This document shows, one piece after another, positions 26,643 through 36,441 of a DNA stretch of 64,000 nucleotides. Both the position numbers and the translations under genes were made by a program. The notes below the pieces were generated by a model that was not told the DNA's origin, ran no database searches, and saw nothing but the letters and a program-made list of their open reading frames with translations. Each line of letters starts with the position of its first letter. The first letter of the stretch is position 1. Origin of the DNA: Gemmatimonadota bacterium (GTDB lineage Bacteria > Gemmatimonadota > Gemmatimonadetes > Gemmatimonadales > GWC2-71-9); NCBI GenBank assembly GCA_039591615.1, contig JBDHDH010000011.1, positions 860 to 64,859 on the forward strand, written 5' to 3'.

Positions 26643-29303
26643 TCAGCTCGCGTTCGCGATCGTTGCCTGTTGCTGCTGCACGTCGCCTTCTTCCCGGAGC
26701 TCGGCAAGCGCCGAACGGAGTCGTCCCGTCACTTCCCGCTCTTCCCGCAACGTCTCGATGAGCGCTTCCGACTGCTTGAGGAGGAACTTGAGCGAACCAG
26801 CTTTCTCCACCGCGTGGTCCACGATCACTTTCTGGCCCTGCAGCGTCTCGAGGGTCGACCGGATATCGATGAGCACTGCTTCTGCACGAGCAAGCCGATG
26901 CTCGGCCTGTTCCATCTGCCGCTTCCGGTGGTCCAGCGTGTCGGCTGCAGCTTCCGCCTCGTGGAACCGTTCCAGCACCGAATCCAGGATCGTGCGAGTC
27001 TCCGCGACCTCGTTCTGCGCCTCGGTGGTCCTGCGTACGTCACTCGCGGTACGTTCTGCCACTGCGGACAGGCGGTCGATCTCCGCCTGGATCGCCTCCA
27101 CCGTCGCTTGCCGGCGGGCGATCTGGTCCAGAGAATGCACGACCCCCGGCTCTGCCAGCTCCCACTTGGCGAGACGCTCTTCGAAGTTCTCGATCCGCTT
27201 CTCGACAAACCGTAAGGCGCTCGCACGCTCCTCGAGCTGCGACGAGACCGAGGCCATCCGGATCGCCTGTTTGTCGGCGGAGGCCAGCGCCCCCGAGAGC
27301 CTGTTCACCCGTTCGTCCAGGTCCTGAACCGCTGCCGCCGCTTCCTGCCGCAGTGCAGACGCGCGCCCCAGATCCTCCATTCCCTCGTCGAGGGCCTGCT
27401 GCCGCTGCTCCACCTCCTCGCGGAGGCGGCGCATCCGTGTGGCCAGCCCCTCGACTTGCTCGCAACGCCCCTCGACGGCGGCGACGGCCTCCCCCACCTC
27501 GGTCACGCCTCGTTCTGCCTCCTCCACGGAGGCCGCGACCCCCGACATCGTCTTGGCGAGCCGCTCCGCCTCTTCCGCCTGGACGGAGAGCGACCCAAAC
27601 TGCTGCTCCACGGACTCCATGCGAGAAAGCAACCGCTGACTCCGCTCGTCCAGTGTGCCCCCCAACGCCGTGAGTTCCGTGAGCCGCTTGTGGATCTCCT
27701 TCACGAAGCCCCTCCGGGCATCGATGGCCGACAGCGCCTCGTTTATCCGGTGCACTTGCCTCTGCGCGAAGTCGATGGTCGGACGCATCTTGTTCAATGC
27801 GGCCACCTGCCCGCGCAGCCCGTCCAGCGACTGCTGCACGCCGGCCAACCAGCTCTGCGTCTCGCTCTGACTCTCCCGCATCCGCCCGATATCGCTCTGC
27901 GCCACCCGCACTTGCTCGAGACCGTCCATCACTAGGGCGTGACTCCGGCTCAAGCTCTCGAAGTCACGGAGCGCGGTCTCCAACGCCGGACGGACTTCTT
28001 CGATCCGCCCGACCCCGTCACGGGCCTCCGTCACGAGGTCGTCGAGATCCGCCAACTCGCGACGCACGGTTCGAGCCTTCCTCGCCTCATCCTCCAGACC
28101 CACGATGTCCTGATGGAGCGACTCCACTTGCATCGCGAGGGATTCCGCCTGGGACTGCACCGCACCGAGCGTCTGGCTCGATTCGTTGAGCGCACGGAAG
28201 CGGTGCTCGAAGTCGGCCAGGCCGCTCCGGAGATCCACCATACGCTGGCTCACCGTGTCGACCCCTTGCTTCTCGGACTCGAGCCGGTCGACACTCCTCC
28301 GCGCCTCTTCGCGCAGCGCGGCCAGGGCCCGACCGGTGGTTTCCTGCCGCTCGTCGATCTCCCGCTGCCGCGCCGCGATCTCCTCGGAACGTTCGACCAC
28401 GCTGGTGTGCAGGCGCTTGATCTCTGCGAGCCGGGTCTGCAGACCGCCCATGGTCTTCGCCTGTTCTTGCTGCTGCCGAAGACCGGCATTCACCCGTCGC
28501 ACGAGCCCGTCGAGGGTCTCCGCCCGATCGATGGCTTGGTCCGCGACGGTACGCTGCTCCTCGAGCGTTGCCACCTTCTGCGTGATGTACTCGGCCAGGG
28601 CCTCGAGCGTGCTCAGCTCCTGCTTCGTGTCGCGCACGCTCGCGGCGAGCTCGCTCAGCCGCGCGAGCGACTCCTCGAGCTTTGCCACGCGGCGCTCCCC
28701 ATGCTCCAGGACCCGGTCGAGCCGCGCACGCCGTTGTTCGAAGGCGCCGAGCTGCGAGGTCGCTTGCTCCTGGCCGCGTACGATCTTGTCGTGCTGCGTC
28801 CGGATGCGGCCGACCTCGTCGAACAACCCCCTCACCGTGCCAGACAGGTTGTCGGCATCCACCCGCACTCGCTCGAACGGATCCTTCATCTCGAGAAACG
28901 TTGAGAGCTCGTCCTTGAGGCAGAGGGCCAGGTCCGCCTTGTGTGCAATCTCCTCGATCTGCAAACGGATGCGCTCTGCGTCCTCGACCGTGTGAGCCAC
29001 GCGCGCCTCGGTGCGCCTGTGGCTCTTGGTGAGTTCGTCAGTCTGGGCTGTCAGCTCCCTGGCGCGCGTCGCGAGCTGCCCGAACCCGGACAGGCTTTGC
29101 TCGAGACTTTCCACACGCGCTGCCAGGGCGGAGACTCTCCCTTCCGCTTTGGCAATGGGCTCCGCGAAGTTCTGGAGCCGAGCGGCGAGGGCCTCGAAGC
29201 TCGCCCGCTCCAGTTGCATCTCGGCTAGGATGGCTCGGAGCTCCTGGGGAAGCTCCTCCATCTTCGATGAGTTGCCTAGCAAGGTCTTGAGAATATGGGA
29301 CAT
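26643..29303 (-). CDS. Very large all-alpha coiled-coil protein with no recognisable enzymatic domain
   Basis: 886 aa, rich in E/R/L/A/Q with heptad-like periodicity throughout. I saw no Walker A motif, TM segment or signal peptide. Confidence 0.7.
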   Translation of the reverse strand: MSHILKTLLGNSSKMEELPQELRAILAEMQLERASFEALAARLQNFAEPIAKAEGRVSALAARVESLEQSLSGFGQLATRARELTAQTDELTKSHRRTEARVAHTVEDAERIRLQIEEIAHKADLALCLKDELSTFLEMKDPFERVRVDADNLSGTVRGLFDEVGRIRTQHDKIVRGQEQATSQLGAFEQRRARLDRVLEHGERRVAKLEESLARLSELAASVRDTKQELSTLEALAEYITQKVATLEEQRTVADQAIDRAETLDGLVRRVNAGLRQQQEQAKTMGGLQTRLAEIKRLHTSVVERSEEIAARQREIDERQETTGRALAALREEARRSVDRLESEKQGVDTVSQRMVDLRSGLADFEHRFRALNESSQTLGAVQSQAESLAMQVESLHQDIVGLEDEARKARTVRRELADLDDLVTEARDGVGRIEEVRPALETALRDFESLSRSHALVMDGLEQVRVAQSDIGRMRESQSETQSWLAGVQQSLDGLRGQVAALNKMRPTIDFAQRQVHRINEALSAIDARRGFVKEIHKRLTELTALGGTLDERSQRLLSRMESVEQQFGSLSVQAEEAERLAKTMSGVAASVEEAERGVTEVGEAVAAVEGRCEQVEGLATRMRRLREEVEQRQQALDEGMEDLGRASALRQEAAAAVQDLDERVNRLSGALASADKQAIRMASVSSQLEERASALRFVEKRIENFEERLAKWELAEPGVVHSLDQIARRQATVEAIQAEIDRLSAVAERTASDVRRTTEAQNEVAETRTILDSVLERFHEAEAAADTLDHRKRQMEQAEHRLARAEAVLIDIRSTLETLQGQKVIVDHAVEKAGSLKFLLKQSEALIETLREEREVTGRLRSALAELREEGDVQQQQATIANAS

Positions 29304-29654
29304 GACCGGGTTCTCCTCGGGAGCCTCTGCTCATGTGGACGCCGGTCGATTTCGGTGCCCGCGGTGTTGCGGGACCGCGAACCAACCCGCGTCCGCATAA
29401 GATTGGAAGAAAGGTGCACCCGTCTCCGTACGACCCTACCAAGCCGATATGTGACGAATCTCACTAAACCCACCCGTCTGGAGCCACGACCCCGACCCTG
29501 ACTAGCCACAGCCCACGCCCCGGGGGTGAGACCGCCCTGGCATCCGACGCCGAGGGCGACCGGGATACGTGCGACGCGCGGGGAGGCTTACGGCAACCGC
29601 GAGGGATGGGTGGGGGGGGATACGGGACCGGCCCCCCCACTCTCCCTCCCATGC

Positions 29655-31769
29655 TCATGGCCGAATCAGCTCCGTACCCACCGCGTTCTGGAGGAACTCC
29701 AGCACGGCATCCGGCGAGACGGTTCCGTAATAATGGCTCCCCGCCTCTCGTGCCTCCGCGGCGACGTACCGGTAGATGTCGAGTCCGCTGCGGTCGCCGC
29801 TCACGGCGTTCAGTACCTCGAAGGCCATCAGCGGGTGGAGCCCACGGACACCCCCGATGTCACCACGCTTCTCGTGGAACTCCTGGGGTCCACCCACCAG
29901 CACCGGGCGCATGCCCGCGAGCCGACGCTCCACCTCCGACAGCTGCCGCCGCGGCGACGGTCTCCCTCCCGTTGCGCGCTGATACGCTCCTTCGACTTCC
30001 CGCAGGATCCCGCGTTCGCGAGTCGCCAGTTCTTCCATGAGAGCGGGGACGAGCCGGCTACCGCTTTCGCCGATCTCACCCAGCGAACGGACGGCCGCCC
30101 GCTCGCGCTCTGCAGCGAACCGGACCTGGTCCACCGCCTTGAGGTACGCGGCCGCCTTGTCATCGGCAGTTGCGATCCACGACAGGCCAAGGCGCAGGTT
30201 GCGGCCCAGGCGCTCCACGCCCCGGCCAACCGTCTCGGCGGCCAGCACCGACATGCTCCCGCTATCAGCTATGGCCATGGCATAGCCGATCAGCGCCGCT
30301 GCCGCTGCATTCCGGCCCAATTGGGTCGGGTCCACGTTCCACAGATCGTCATCGCTGGAGTGGACGAATCGGTCGGGCATGTTGGTGAACGTGACTCCGG
30401 GCACACCAATGGGTGTCTCGGTGAACGTCATGTGGTCGGTGTTGTTGTGGAAGAAGACGACGTCTGCGTTGTAACGATGATCGCTGCCGCGATGCGCTAG
30501 GTGTGGCTTGGGGTAGAACGGAACTCCCGCCTGGAGCTGGGCCAGTTCGAACGTGTTTGCTGCCACCATGTACTCGACCACCGCCTCCACCACGTCGTTG
30601 AAGAAGTGAAACCGGGTTGCCGGCAGGCGGGTGATGTTTTGCTTGCGCATCACGTCCTGCGCCTGATTGGCGCCCACCATATCCTGGTTGATGTTCACCC
30701 AGATCTCGTCTGGTGCATCCGGGTGATCCGCAAAGTACTGTCGCTGACTCGAGATTTCGGTAACCCACCAGAATCGGAGGTTGCGACGGGGCCGAGGAAC
30801 GCGGCCCTCCTCGATCAACCGGTTCAGGGCCCTCGCAACCTCGAGCGTGCTGGCCGTGCCGCTGGCATCATCGTTGGCGGAGGTTCCCTCTTCCTGGAGG
30901 TGTCCGGTGAAGACGATGTCCTGCCCCACCCCTGGATCAGCGCCGCGGATGTACCCCTCGACCATGACCTGCCACGGCTCGGGGCCGTGCTTGGACGCGA
31001 ACGCCGCATCCACGAAAGCCCGAACCCTCACCGGCTCATCTGCACCCTGGAGCAGCGCTCGCAGATCCGCTCCGCCGTCCAACGAGAGACCGAAGGCGAA
31101 CGTCGGCTCGCAGTCTCCCAATCCCACACTCGGCAGACCGATCCAGCGCAGCTGGTCGGGACGGGCTCTCCCGCCCCCGTTGATTCCGTTGTCCGATGCA
31201 AAAGGGCTGGGATACCAGATGACGCCGAGCGCTCCCCGCGCACAGACTGCCTCTTCCATGGCGCCAAACAGTGAGCCGAAGGTGAGGACCACCTTTCCCG
31301 AGACGTCCCTGCCCTCGTAGTCGGCATCCGAGCCCGCTCCGATATCCACCAACTCCGCCGTCACGTCGGCGCTATGGCTGTAGTCCGCGAGGTGCAGCGC
31401 CGACTGCAGCGTGCTGGCAATCCGCATCGGCTCCGGTTCCACGATCCAGAGATCGGCAAAGCGTGCGTTCCAGGGGCGCGTGGTAGACGTCTGCCTGATG
31501 AGCGTGACGTCACTGAGGCCGTACTCCCTCGCCTTTCGCTCATAGTATTCCGCCACCCGCCACAGGTTGTCGTGGCCGCCTCGAGGCCTGTGGAATTGCG
31601 TCATGAAGCGAATGTGCTCGTAGGCTGCGTCACCCGAGACCTCCTGGGTGATGAGCTGGATGGCACGATGGTCGAGGACAGATAGCTCCTGTCCATCGGC
31701 GTTGCCGATGACAGCACCAGTCAGCAGAGTCACGAACGTCGCAGTGCGGCAGGGTGTCGATGGTTTCAT
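29655..31769 (-). CDS. Secreted M28 family metallopeptidase with PA-like insert and C-terminal helical domain
   Basis: Signal peptide. M28 zinc-ligand contexts: FTGHLQEEGTSANDDASGTAS and HSSDD. Confidence 0.75.
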   Translation of the reverse strand: MKPSTPCRTATFVTLLTGAVIGNADGQELSVLDHRAIQLITQEVSGDAAYEHIRFMTQFHRPRGGHDNLWRVAEYYERKAREYGLSDVTLIRQTSTTRPWNARFADLWIVEPEPMRIASTLQSALHLADYSHSADVTAELVDIGAGSDADYEGRDVSGKVVLTFGSLFGAMEEAVCARGALGVIWYPSPFASDNGINGGGRARPDQLRWIGLPSVGLGDCEPTFAFGLSLDGGADLRALLQGADEPVRVRAFVDAAFASKHGPEPWQVMVEGYIRGADPGVGQDIVFTGHLQEEGTSANDDASGTASTLEVARALNRLIEEGRVPRPRRNLRFWWVTEISSQRQYFADHPDAPDEIWVNINQDMVGANQAQDVMRKQNITRLPATRFHFFNDVVEAVVEYMVAANTFELAQLQAGVPFYPKPHLAHRGSDHRYNADVVFFHNNTDHMTFTETPIGVPGVTFTNMPDRFVHSSDDDLWNVDPTQLGRNAAAAALIGYAMAIADSGSMSVLAAETVGRGVERLGRNLRLGLSWIATADDKAAAYLKAVDQVRFAAERERAAVRSLGEIGESGSRLVPALMEELATRERGILREVEGAYQRATGGRPSPRRQLSEVERRLAGMRPVLVGGPQEFHEKRGDIGGVRGLHPLMAFEVLNAVSGDRSGLDIYRYVAAEAREAGSHYYGTVSPDAVLEFLQNAVGTELIRP

Positions 31770-32079
31770 CGTTCCGTTCCGGCGTGTGGGTTTGGATCGG
31801 TGCGTGTGGGGCGGTCGCCGAGGCCCCCGTACCTGGCAAGTACGACAATCGCATGACCTCTCGAAGACCTTGCGGAGCCAGCCCGTGGAAGCAGCGATGA
31901 AATCTATTTGAGGCGAGAACCCGGGTGGGGAGAGTGACCCTTCATAAGGGGATCATCCCGTCCCCCTGAACGCCGGGGCTTCATCGCGCGATCCGAACAT
32001 GGGTGGAGGATGAGGTTTGGGGGCGCCGCCCCGCGCCTCGGCGTGAAGCAGGGTTGACTTCCGGCGACAACGCCGGCAA

Positions 32080-32301
32080 TCAGCCCTTGTGTCGATAGGT
32101 GATTCGCCCGCGGCTGAGGTCATACGGGGAGACCTCCACCGTCACCCGGTCTCCCGTGAGCACCCGGATGCGGAATCGTCTCATCTTGCCAGCGAGGGTG
32201 CAGAGCACGGTGTGGTCGTTCTCGAGGAGCACGCGGAACATCGCATTGGGGAGTACCTCGGTTACGGTGCCCTCGAGCTGAATCGCGTCGCGAGACGGCA
32301 C
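32080..32301 (-). CDS. infA: Translation initiation factor IF-1
   Basis: [69 protein letters not shown] start lies 9 nt after the rpsU copy 2 stop. Confidence 0.95.
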   Translation of the reverse strand: MPSRDAIQLEGTVTEVLPNAMFRVLLENDHTVLCTLAGKMRRFRIRVLTGDRVTVEVSPYDLSRGRITYRHKG

Positions 32302-32310
32302 GGCGACGCC

Positions 32311-32499
32311 CTAGCGGCGGCGTTGGCGGAGTCGGCGGCGCCTGGCGGCGGCCGCTTTCTTCCGCTTCGCCTCACTAGGCTTCACATAAAAGCGCTTCTG
32401 GCGCAGATCCTTCAGGACCCCTGAACGCTGGACCTTGCGGCGGAACACCTTGATGGCCCATTCTACCCCGTCGTTCTCACTAAGAATGATCTCGGTCAT
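32311..32499 (-). CDS. rpsU: 30S ribosomal protein S21 (copy 2)
   Basis: MTEIILSENDGVEWAIKVFRRKVQRSGVLKDLRQKRFYVKPSEAKRKK. AGGAGA RBS. Confidence 0.9.
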   Translation of the reverse strand: MTEIILSENDGVEWAIKVFRRKVQRSGVLKDLRQKRFYVKPSEAKRKKAAAARRRRLRQRRR

Positions 32500-32597
32500 C
32501 GACTCTCCTGTACAAGTGCGAATCTCCACACGACAACGGGGCCGCCCCGACGAGCGGGTTGGCCCCGTGAACCATGGACTCTCAAGAGGTGGTCAGA

Positions 32598-32807
32598 TCA
32601 GGCCACCACGTCGACGTTCTGCGCCGCCGGGCCCTTTTGGCCCTGCACAACGTCGAACTCCACCTGCTGCCCCTCGCGGAGGGACTTGAAACCGGTGCCG
32701 TTGATGGCGGTGTGATGGACGAAGACGTCTTTCTCGCCGTCCTCACGTGTGATGAATCCAAAGCCTTTTTGGTCGTTGAACCACTTCACGGTTCCTCGGA
32801 CACGCAT
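32598..32807 (-). CDS. csp: Cold-shock protein, CspA family (copy 2)
   Basis: [35 protein letters not shown]. The track ORF extends upstream to 33263, but the conserved Csp N-terminus and RBS fix the start at 32807. Confidence 0.95.
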   Translation of the reverse strand: MRVRGTVKWFNDQKGFGFITREDGEKDVFVHHTAINGTGFKSLREGQQVEFDVVQGQKGPAAQNVDVVA

Positions 32808-33000
32808 ACCCTGCTCCTGATTGATGTTGGTGATGTTCGTCGGTGTCCGGTGAGACCGTCCTGACCGGCGTCCATCTTCTCCCGCGGCACGATCGCCCCC
32901 GCGTCGGGCTGCCGCCATCGCGGCGCTAATTAACAACAAAAAAGAGGACCGGCCTCGCTGCCAGGTCCCCTGAAGTGTCACTGGCGTCGTGGCGCCATGA
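32808..33000 (-). promoter_or_regulatory. Conserved structured 5' leader of csp (copy 2)
   Basis: It has the same conserved blocks as 26153-26345. The hairpin plus U6 tract lies at 32935-32974 and carries a compensatory change. Confidence 0.6.
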
Positions 33001-33428
33001 GCCGAGTGCGCCGAACGCACCCCAAAAGTAGTAAGGGAGTGGCTCCTGCGCCACCCTCGGTGCCCCCGCTCCACTGGGGGCGGCCTCTGACGGCCCCTTC
33101 GGGACCGGGGCAGCAAGTCCTCGCCTCGCGAGTGCCCTTTGGAGGGGGTTCCTCTCTCCCACCGCGGGGGGCATGCAACGCCGTGGGGTCCATTGCCGCC
33201 ATCATGCAACATCACGGGCGTCTGGGGCACCTCCACGGCCTCGTACCGGGGCTTGTCGGGCACACGGGACTAGCCCCGACACGCTGGGAGAGCCCTCGGA
33301 GAGCATCGAGGCGAACCTCTGGGCGGGAGTGACGATTTCGCTCCAAGCCTGCTCAGAAGGAGGAGAGGCTCACCGTCGCAGCAGGCGTGGGCAAGCGGGT
33401 GGCGTCAAGGGGCGCGTCATCACAGGCG

Positions 33429-34616
33429 TCATGCGAGCTCGAGCTGGTCGGGGTCTCTCGAATCGTCATCATCGACGTCGCCCAACGACTCGTTGTCCTG
33501 GCGCGCACTGTCAAGCCGCTCCAGCATGGCATCCCGGAGGCCGTGCCTGCCCTGGTCACTGTACAGAATCGCCAGATTGAGAAGGGTTACCTCGTCCCAC
33601 AACGTGTGGTCCCACGTACCGGCGTCGCGCAGGGCGACGGCACGGAGGTACATTGCCTCTGCCTCTTCGTCTCGTCCTTGGATCTGGCATACTAGTCCGA
33701 TTCGGTCGCAGGCATACGCCACCTTCGGGTGCATCTCGCCGACCGTAGAGATCAGCAAGCTCAACGCATCACGAAAACACTCCTCCGCCAACGCCACCGA
33801 GTCTTCGACGGATTTCTTCGACAACAGAATCATGCCCCGTCGCAAGCTCCCATCGGCATCCCGCAGCGCAGCGGCTCCGGTCCCAGAAGCACCGGGAGGA
33901 TCGGGTGGCCCGGTCAGGCGGGTCACCACCCCCCACGGCCCACGCTGAGCCGGTGCGAGCAGGAGGTCCGATCGATCCTCCTCACCCTCATCGGCCCCCG
34001 ACTGGCCGTCTTCGGACTCTACCGTATGGCCTGCCCGATCACCGCACGCACCCGTGACCTGGCCTTCCTCGGTTCGACTGGTTCCGTAGAATGGATTGCC
34101 GACGAACAGTCTGAACACCGCCGCCTGCTCGCTGCGCTCCTCGAGCAGCTCACGGAAACTCGCTGTCCCCAACTCCCCCACCGCCGCGCGCTCCGCGACT
34201 TGGGACGCACGCCGAGCTCGACCGAATGGTGAGGCCCCTGCGGTGGAGAACCATCCGCGGGACGTCTCAACGAGGGGACCATCAGGGGCGCGGAAGGGCT
34301 GTAGATCGAGCCCCGCGTTCGCCACACACCAGCCGACGAACCGCTCGAGCGCATCCAACGGCCCTTCCCGGTCCTCGAGGTAGTCTTGTCGGACCGCGTG
34401 GCCCAGCAGGAAGATCAGAAACTCCGGGTTCCGTGAGGCACGCCAGACCTCGTGCAGCGTCTCGTACCGCGCCGCCCAAGCGGTCCACTCGGGAAGGAGG
34501 GGAACGTCACCGCGACGCGTCAACCTCTCCGCTTCCGCGATGAAGTCACTCACCCGCCTCGGCACAGAGCGCGTTTCACGCCCTGGCTCGGTATCGGGAA
34601 CTCGGCGTGAAGACAT
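33429..34616 (-). CDS. Orphan protein with novel N-terminal domain, acidic linker and C-terminal TPR (TPR_10/12-like) region: paralog 1
   Basis: 395 aa. The C-terminus (AEECFRDAL...MHPKVAYACDRIGLVCQIQGRDEEAEAMYLRAVALRD) is TPR-like. It is paralogous to 37611-38810. Confidence 0.7.
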   Translation of the reverse strand: MSSRRVPDTEPGRETRSVPRRVSDFIAEAERLTRRGDVPLLPEWTAWAARYETLHEVWRASRNPEFLIFLLGHAVRQDYLEDREGPLDALERFVGWCVANAGLDLQPFRAPDGPLVETSRGWFSTAGASPFGRARRASQVAERAAVGELGTASFRELLEERSEQAAVFRLFVGNPFYGTSRTEEGQVTGACGDRAGHTVESEDGQSGADEGEEDRSDLLLAPAQRGPWGVVTRLTGPPDPPGASGTGAAALRDADGSLRRGMILLSKKSVEDSVALAEECFRDALSLLISTVGEMHPKVAYACDRIGLVCQIQGRDEEAEAMYLRAVALRDAGTWDHTLWDEVTLLNLAILYSDQGRHGLRDAMLERLDSARQDNESLGDVDDDDSRDPDQLELA

Positions 34617-34809
34617 CGTCTGCCCCCGCGTTGGCCGATTCCGCCTGCTCGCTCATGACTCCGAAGGCAGGGCATCGGCCGGTTGCGCTACCCGTTGGAT
34701 GACATCGGGTAGCGGGCCAGCGTACCGCTCGTCTTACTAGCACCCTCCATGCCGCCCGGCCGAGACGGCCGCGGCCCCTTTCGAGTCATGGGCGTGCCGG
34801 CGGGAAAAG

Positions 34810-34825
34810 TGTGACGGATCTCACA
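34810..34825. promoter_or_regulatory. Perfect CRP/FNR-type palindrome TGTGA-CGGATC-TCACA
   Basis: The sequence was read directly. It lies 194 nt upstream of the paralog 1 start codon, matching the position of the site at 38998-39013. Confidence 0.6.
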
Positions 34826-35169
34826 AGAAAAGGCCCCCGGGGGAAACCAGGAGCATCGCATTCTGCGAATCGAAAGGTGGTCTCGCCGATCCCCCGTGAG
34901 GGCGATCGACGATTCGCCTTTGTCCGCCGTCTTCCGCTTCCTGAAGTTCGGCTCCCCGAAGCAGTGAATCAGGCGTCGCGAGGTGTCGGGTTCGGGTGTC
35001 AGATGTCGGACGGGACCGGGTCCGCTCAGCGCACGGACGGTCTCCTCGCTGCGCCTGTGGAGGCGAGGGCGCGGCCGCGCCCGGCCGTTCTACCCCCTGC
35101 GCAGCTGTCTCAGCGTGCTCCCACCGACGACGAGCCGCCCCCGTCGGAGCTCGGAGGTGAACGGCTCCG

Positions 35170-35789
35170 TTACCGTGACGCCCCGTGCGCGGCAGCCGTG
35201 CGCGCCTTTAGATCGCGGAGCATCAGCAGCTCACGCTCGGACACGCTCCCGGTCGTGCGCACGGGGTCGGCAACCCGGAGCGGCCAACCGGTTGCCCCTC
35301 GCACGCGGTCCACGTCGACCCCGGAATGCGTCGCCGTCAGCACCAATTCCCGCGTCACGGAATCGGGCTCCAGCACGCCTGGATCGGTGACCACCTTCGT
35401 AAGGCCTCCGCCGGTGAACCCCGCACGTTGCCGAGCGTCCCTGCCTCCCAAGTACCCCGCCGTGGTCAGAAAGTCCAGACGCTCGACGAACGCCTGGGGC
35501 CGGTGGCGCAGCATCACGAGGACCTCCTTCGCCGCCGCAGCGATCTCGGGCGCGCCGCCCGCCCCACGAGAAGACCAGCTTGCGTGCCGCACCCACACCG
35601 ATGAGCTGATCGTACAGGATGTCCGGTGTCATCCGGATGAGAGTGAGGTCCTTCCGTTCCTGCCGGATTACCTCGAGACCGGCCGCGTGGGGAATGAGGT
35701 GGGTGAATCCCCCCATGGCGACGGCGTCGCGTCGTGGATCAACTCAGCGACGCCCACGCGCAAGGTGCAGATGGTAGTCACCAGTGTTG
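35170..35789 (-). pseudogene. CoA-transferase remnant: the N-terminus of subunit A fused by deletion and frameshifts to the C-terminus of subunit B
   Basis: A-like segment: (AELIHDA / frameshift) DAVAMGGFTHLIPHAAGLEVIRQERKDLTLIRMTPDILYDQLIGVGAARKLVFSWGG. The frame then changes to a B-like segment: EIAAAAKEVLVMLRHRPQAFVERLDFLTTAGY...VDRVRGATGWPLRVADPV. About 1 kb of expected coding sequence is missing. Confidence 0.6.
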
Positions 35790-36434
35790 CTACCGTGGGT
35801 CGGCGAGAACACGACCCATCAGCTCGCGCGCGAACTGGATCTCGTCCTCGTTCACGAGGTGTCCCATGCCCGGGTAGATGCGCTTGGTTATGGCACCGCC
35901 CATCCGGGCGGCGACCGCGGCACTCTCCTCGACCCGGTCCAGCGGAACATGCGAGTCGACGTCACTGCACCCGAAGAACACGGGCGTCCCGCCGAACGAG
36001 CCGTCGTACTTCCAGGCTGTGCCCGGCGGGCCGATCAAGCCGCCACTGTACACGATGACGCCCCCGTAGCGATCCGCGTGCCGCACGGCGAATTCGGCGG
36101 CGAGGCAAGCCCCCTGGGAGAACCCCAACAGCACGACACGCTGCTTTCGGATCCCCCGCGTCACGAGATCACGCACCAGTGCGTCGAGGACCTGCAGCCC
36201 AGACGTGATGCCCGGCTCGTTCTGCTCGGTCTCCGCCATGAAGCTGTATGGGTACCACGAATTGTCCGCCGCGGCGGGCGCCAGGTAGGTAAAGCTGGGT
36301 TGGTTAAGGAGCGCGACGAGGTCGAGGATGTTCTTGGGCGCCGCGTTTCGGCCATGGACCATGATCATCGCCGCGTGACTCTCTCCCAACGGCGTTCCCA
36401 CGGTGACGACGGGTTGTCCGCCGTGCGGTTTCAT
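35790..36434 (-). CDS. Phospholipase/carboxylesterase family hydrolase (MhqD-like)
   Basis: Nucleophile elbow GFSQGA, then CSDVDSHVP and GMGH. The start at MKPHGG lies 7 nt after the dioxygenase stop. Confidence 0.75.
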   Translation of the reverse strand: MKPHGGQPVVTVGTPLGESHAAMIMVHGRNAAPKNILDLVALLNQPSFTYLAPAAADNSWYPYSFMAETEQNEPGITSGLQVLDALVRDLVTRGIRKQRVVLLGFSQGACLAAEFAVRHADRYGGVIVYSGGLIGPPGTAWKYDGSFGGTPVFFGCSDVDSHVPLDRVEESAAVAARMGGAITKRIYPGMGHLVNEDEIQFARELMGRVLADPR

Positions 36435-36441
36435 TCCCGCA

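Noticed and set aside
26632-28995. Long plus-strand ORFs (26632-27327, 27939-28904 and 28186-28995) antisense to the coiled-coil gene
   Set aside because: They are Arg/Ser/Pro/Leu-rich low-complexity translations, typical of the antisense frames of a GC-rich, GAG/CTC-rich coiled-coil gene. They have no RBS or recognisable domain.
34660-34725. Short upstream ORF in the TPR-paralog leaders (MEGASKTS... in copy 1, MESAGKST... in copy 2)
   Set aside because: The similarity is limited to the first 8 codons and the lengths differ greatly. Nucleotide conservation of the duplicated leader explains it equally well.
34811-36058. 415-aa plus-strand ORF starting at the CRP-like site
   Set aside because: It is extremely Arg/Ser/Pro-rich. 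It runs antisense through the CoA-transferase remnant and the carboxylesterase gene, and the similarity between the two duplicated upstream regions does not keep a reading frame.
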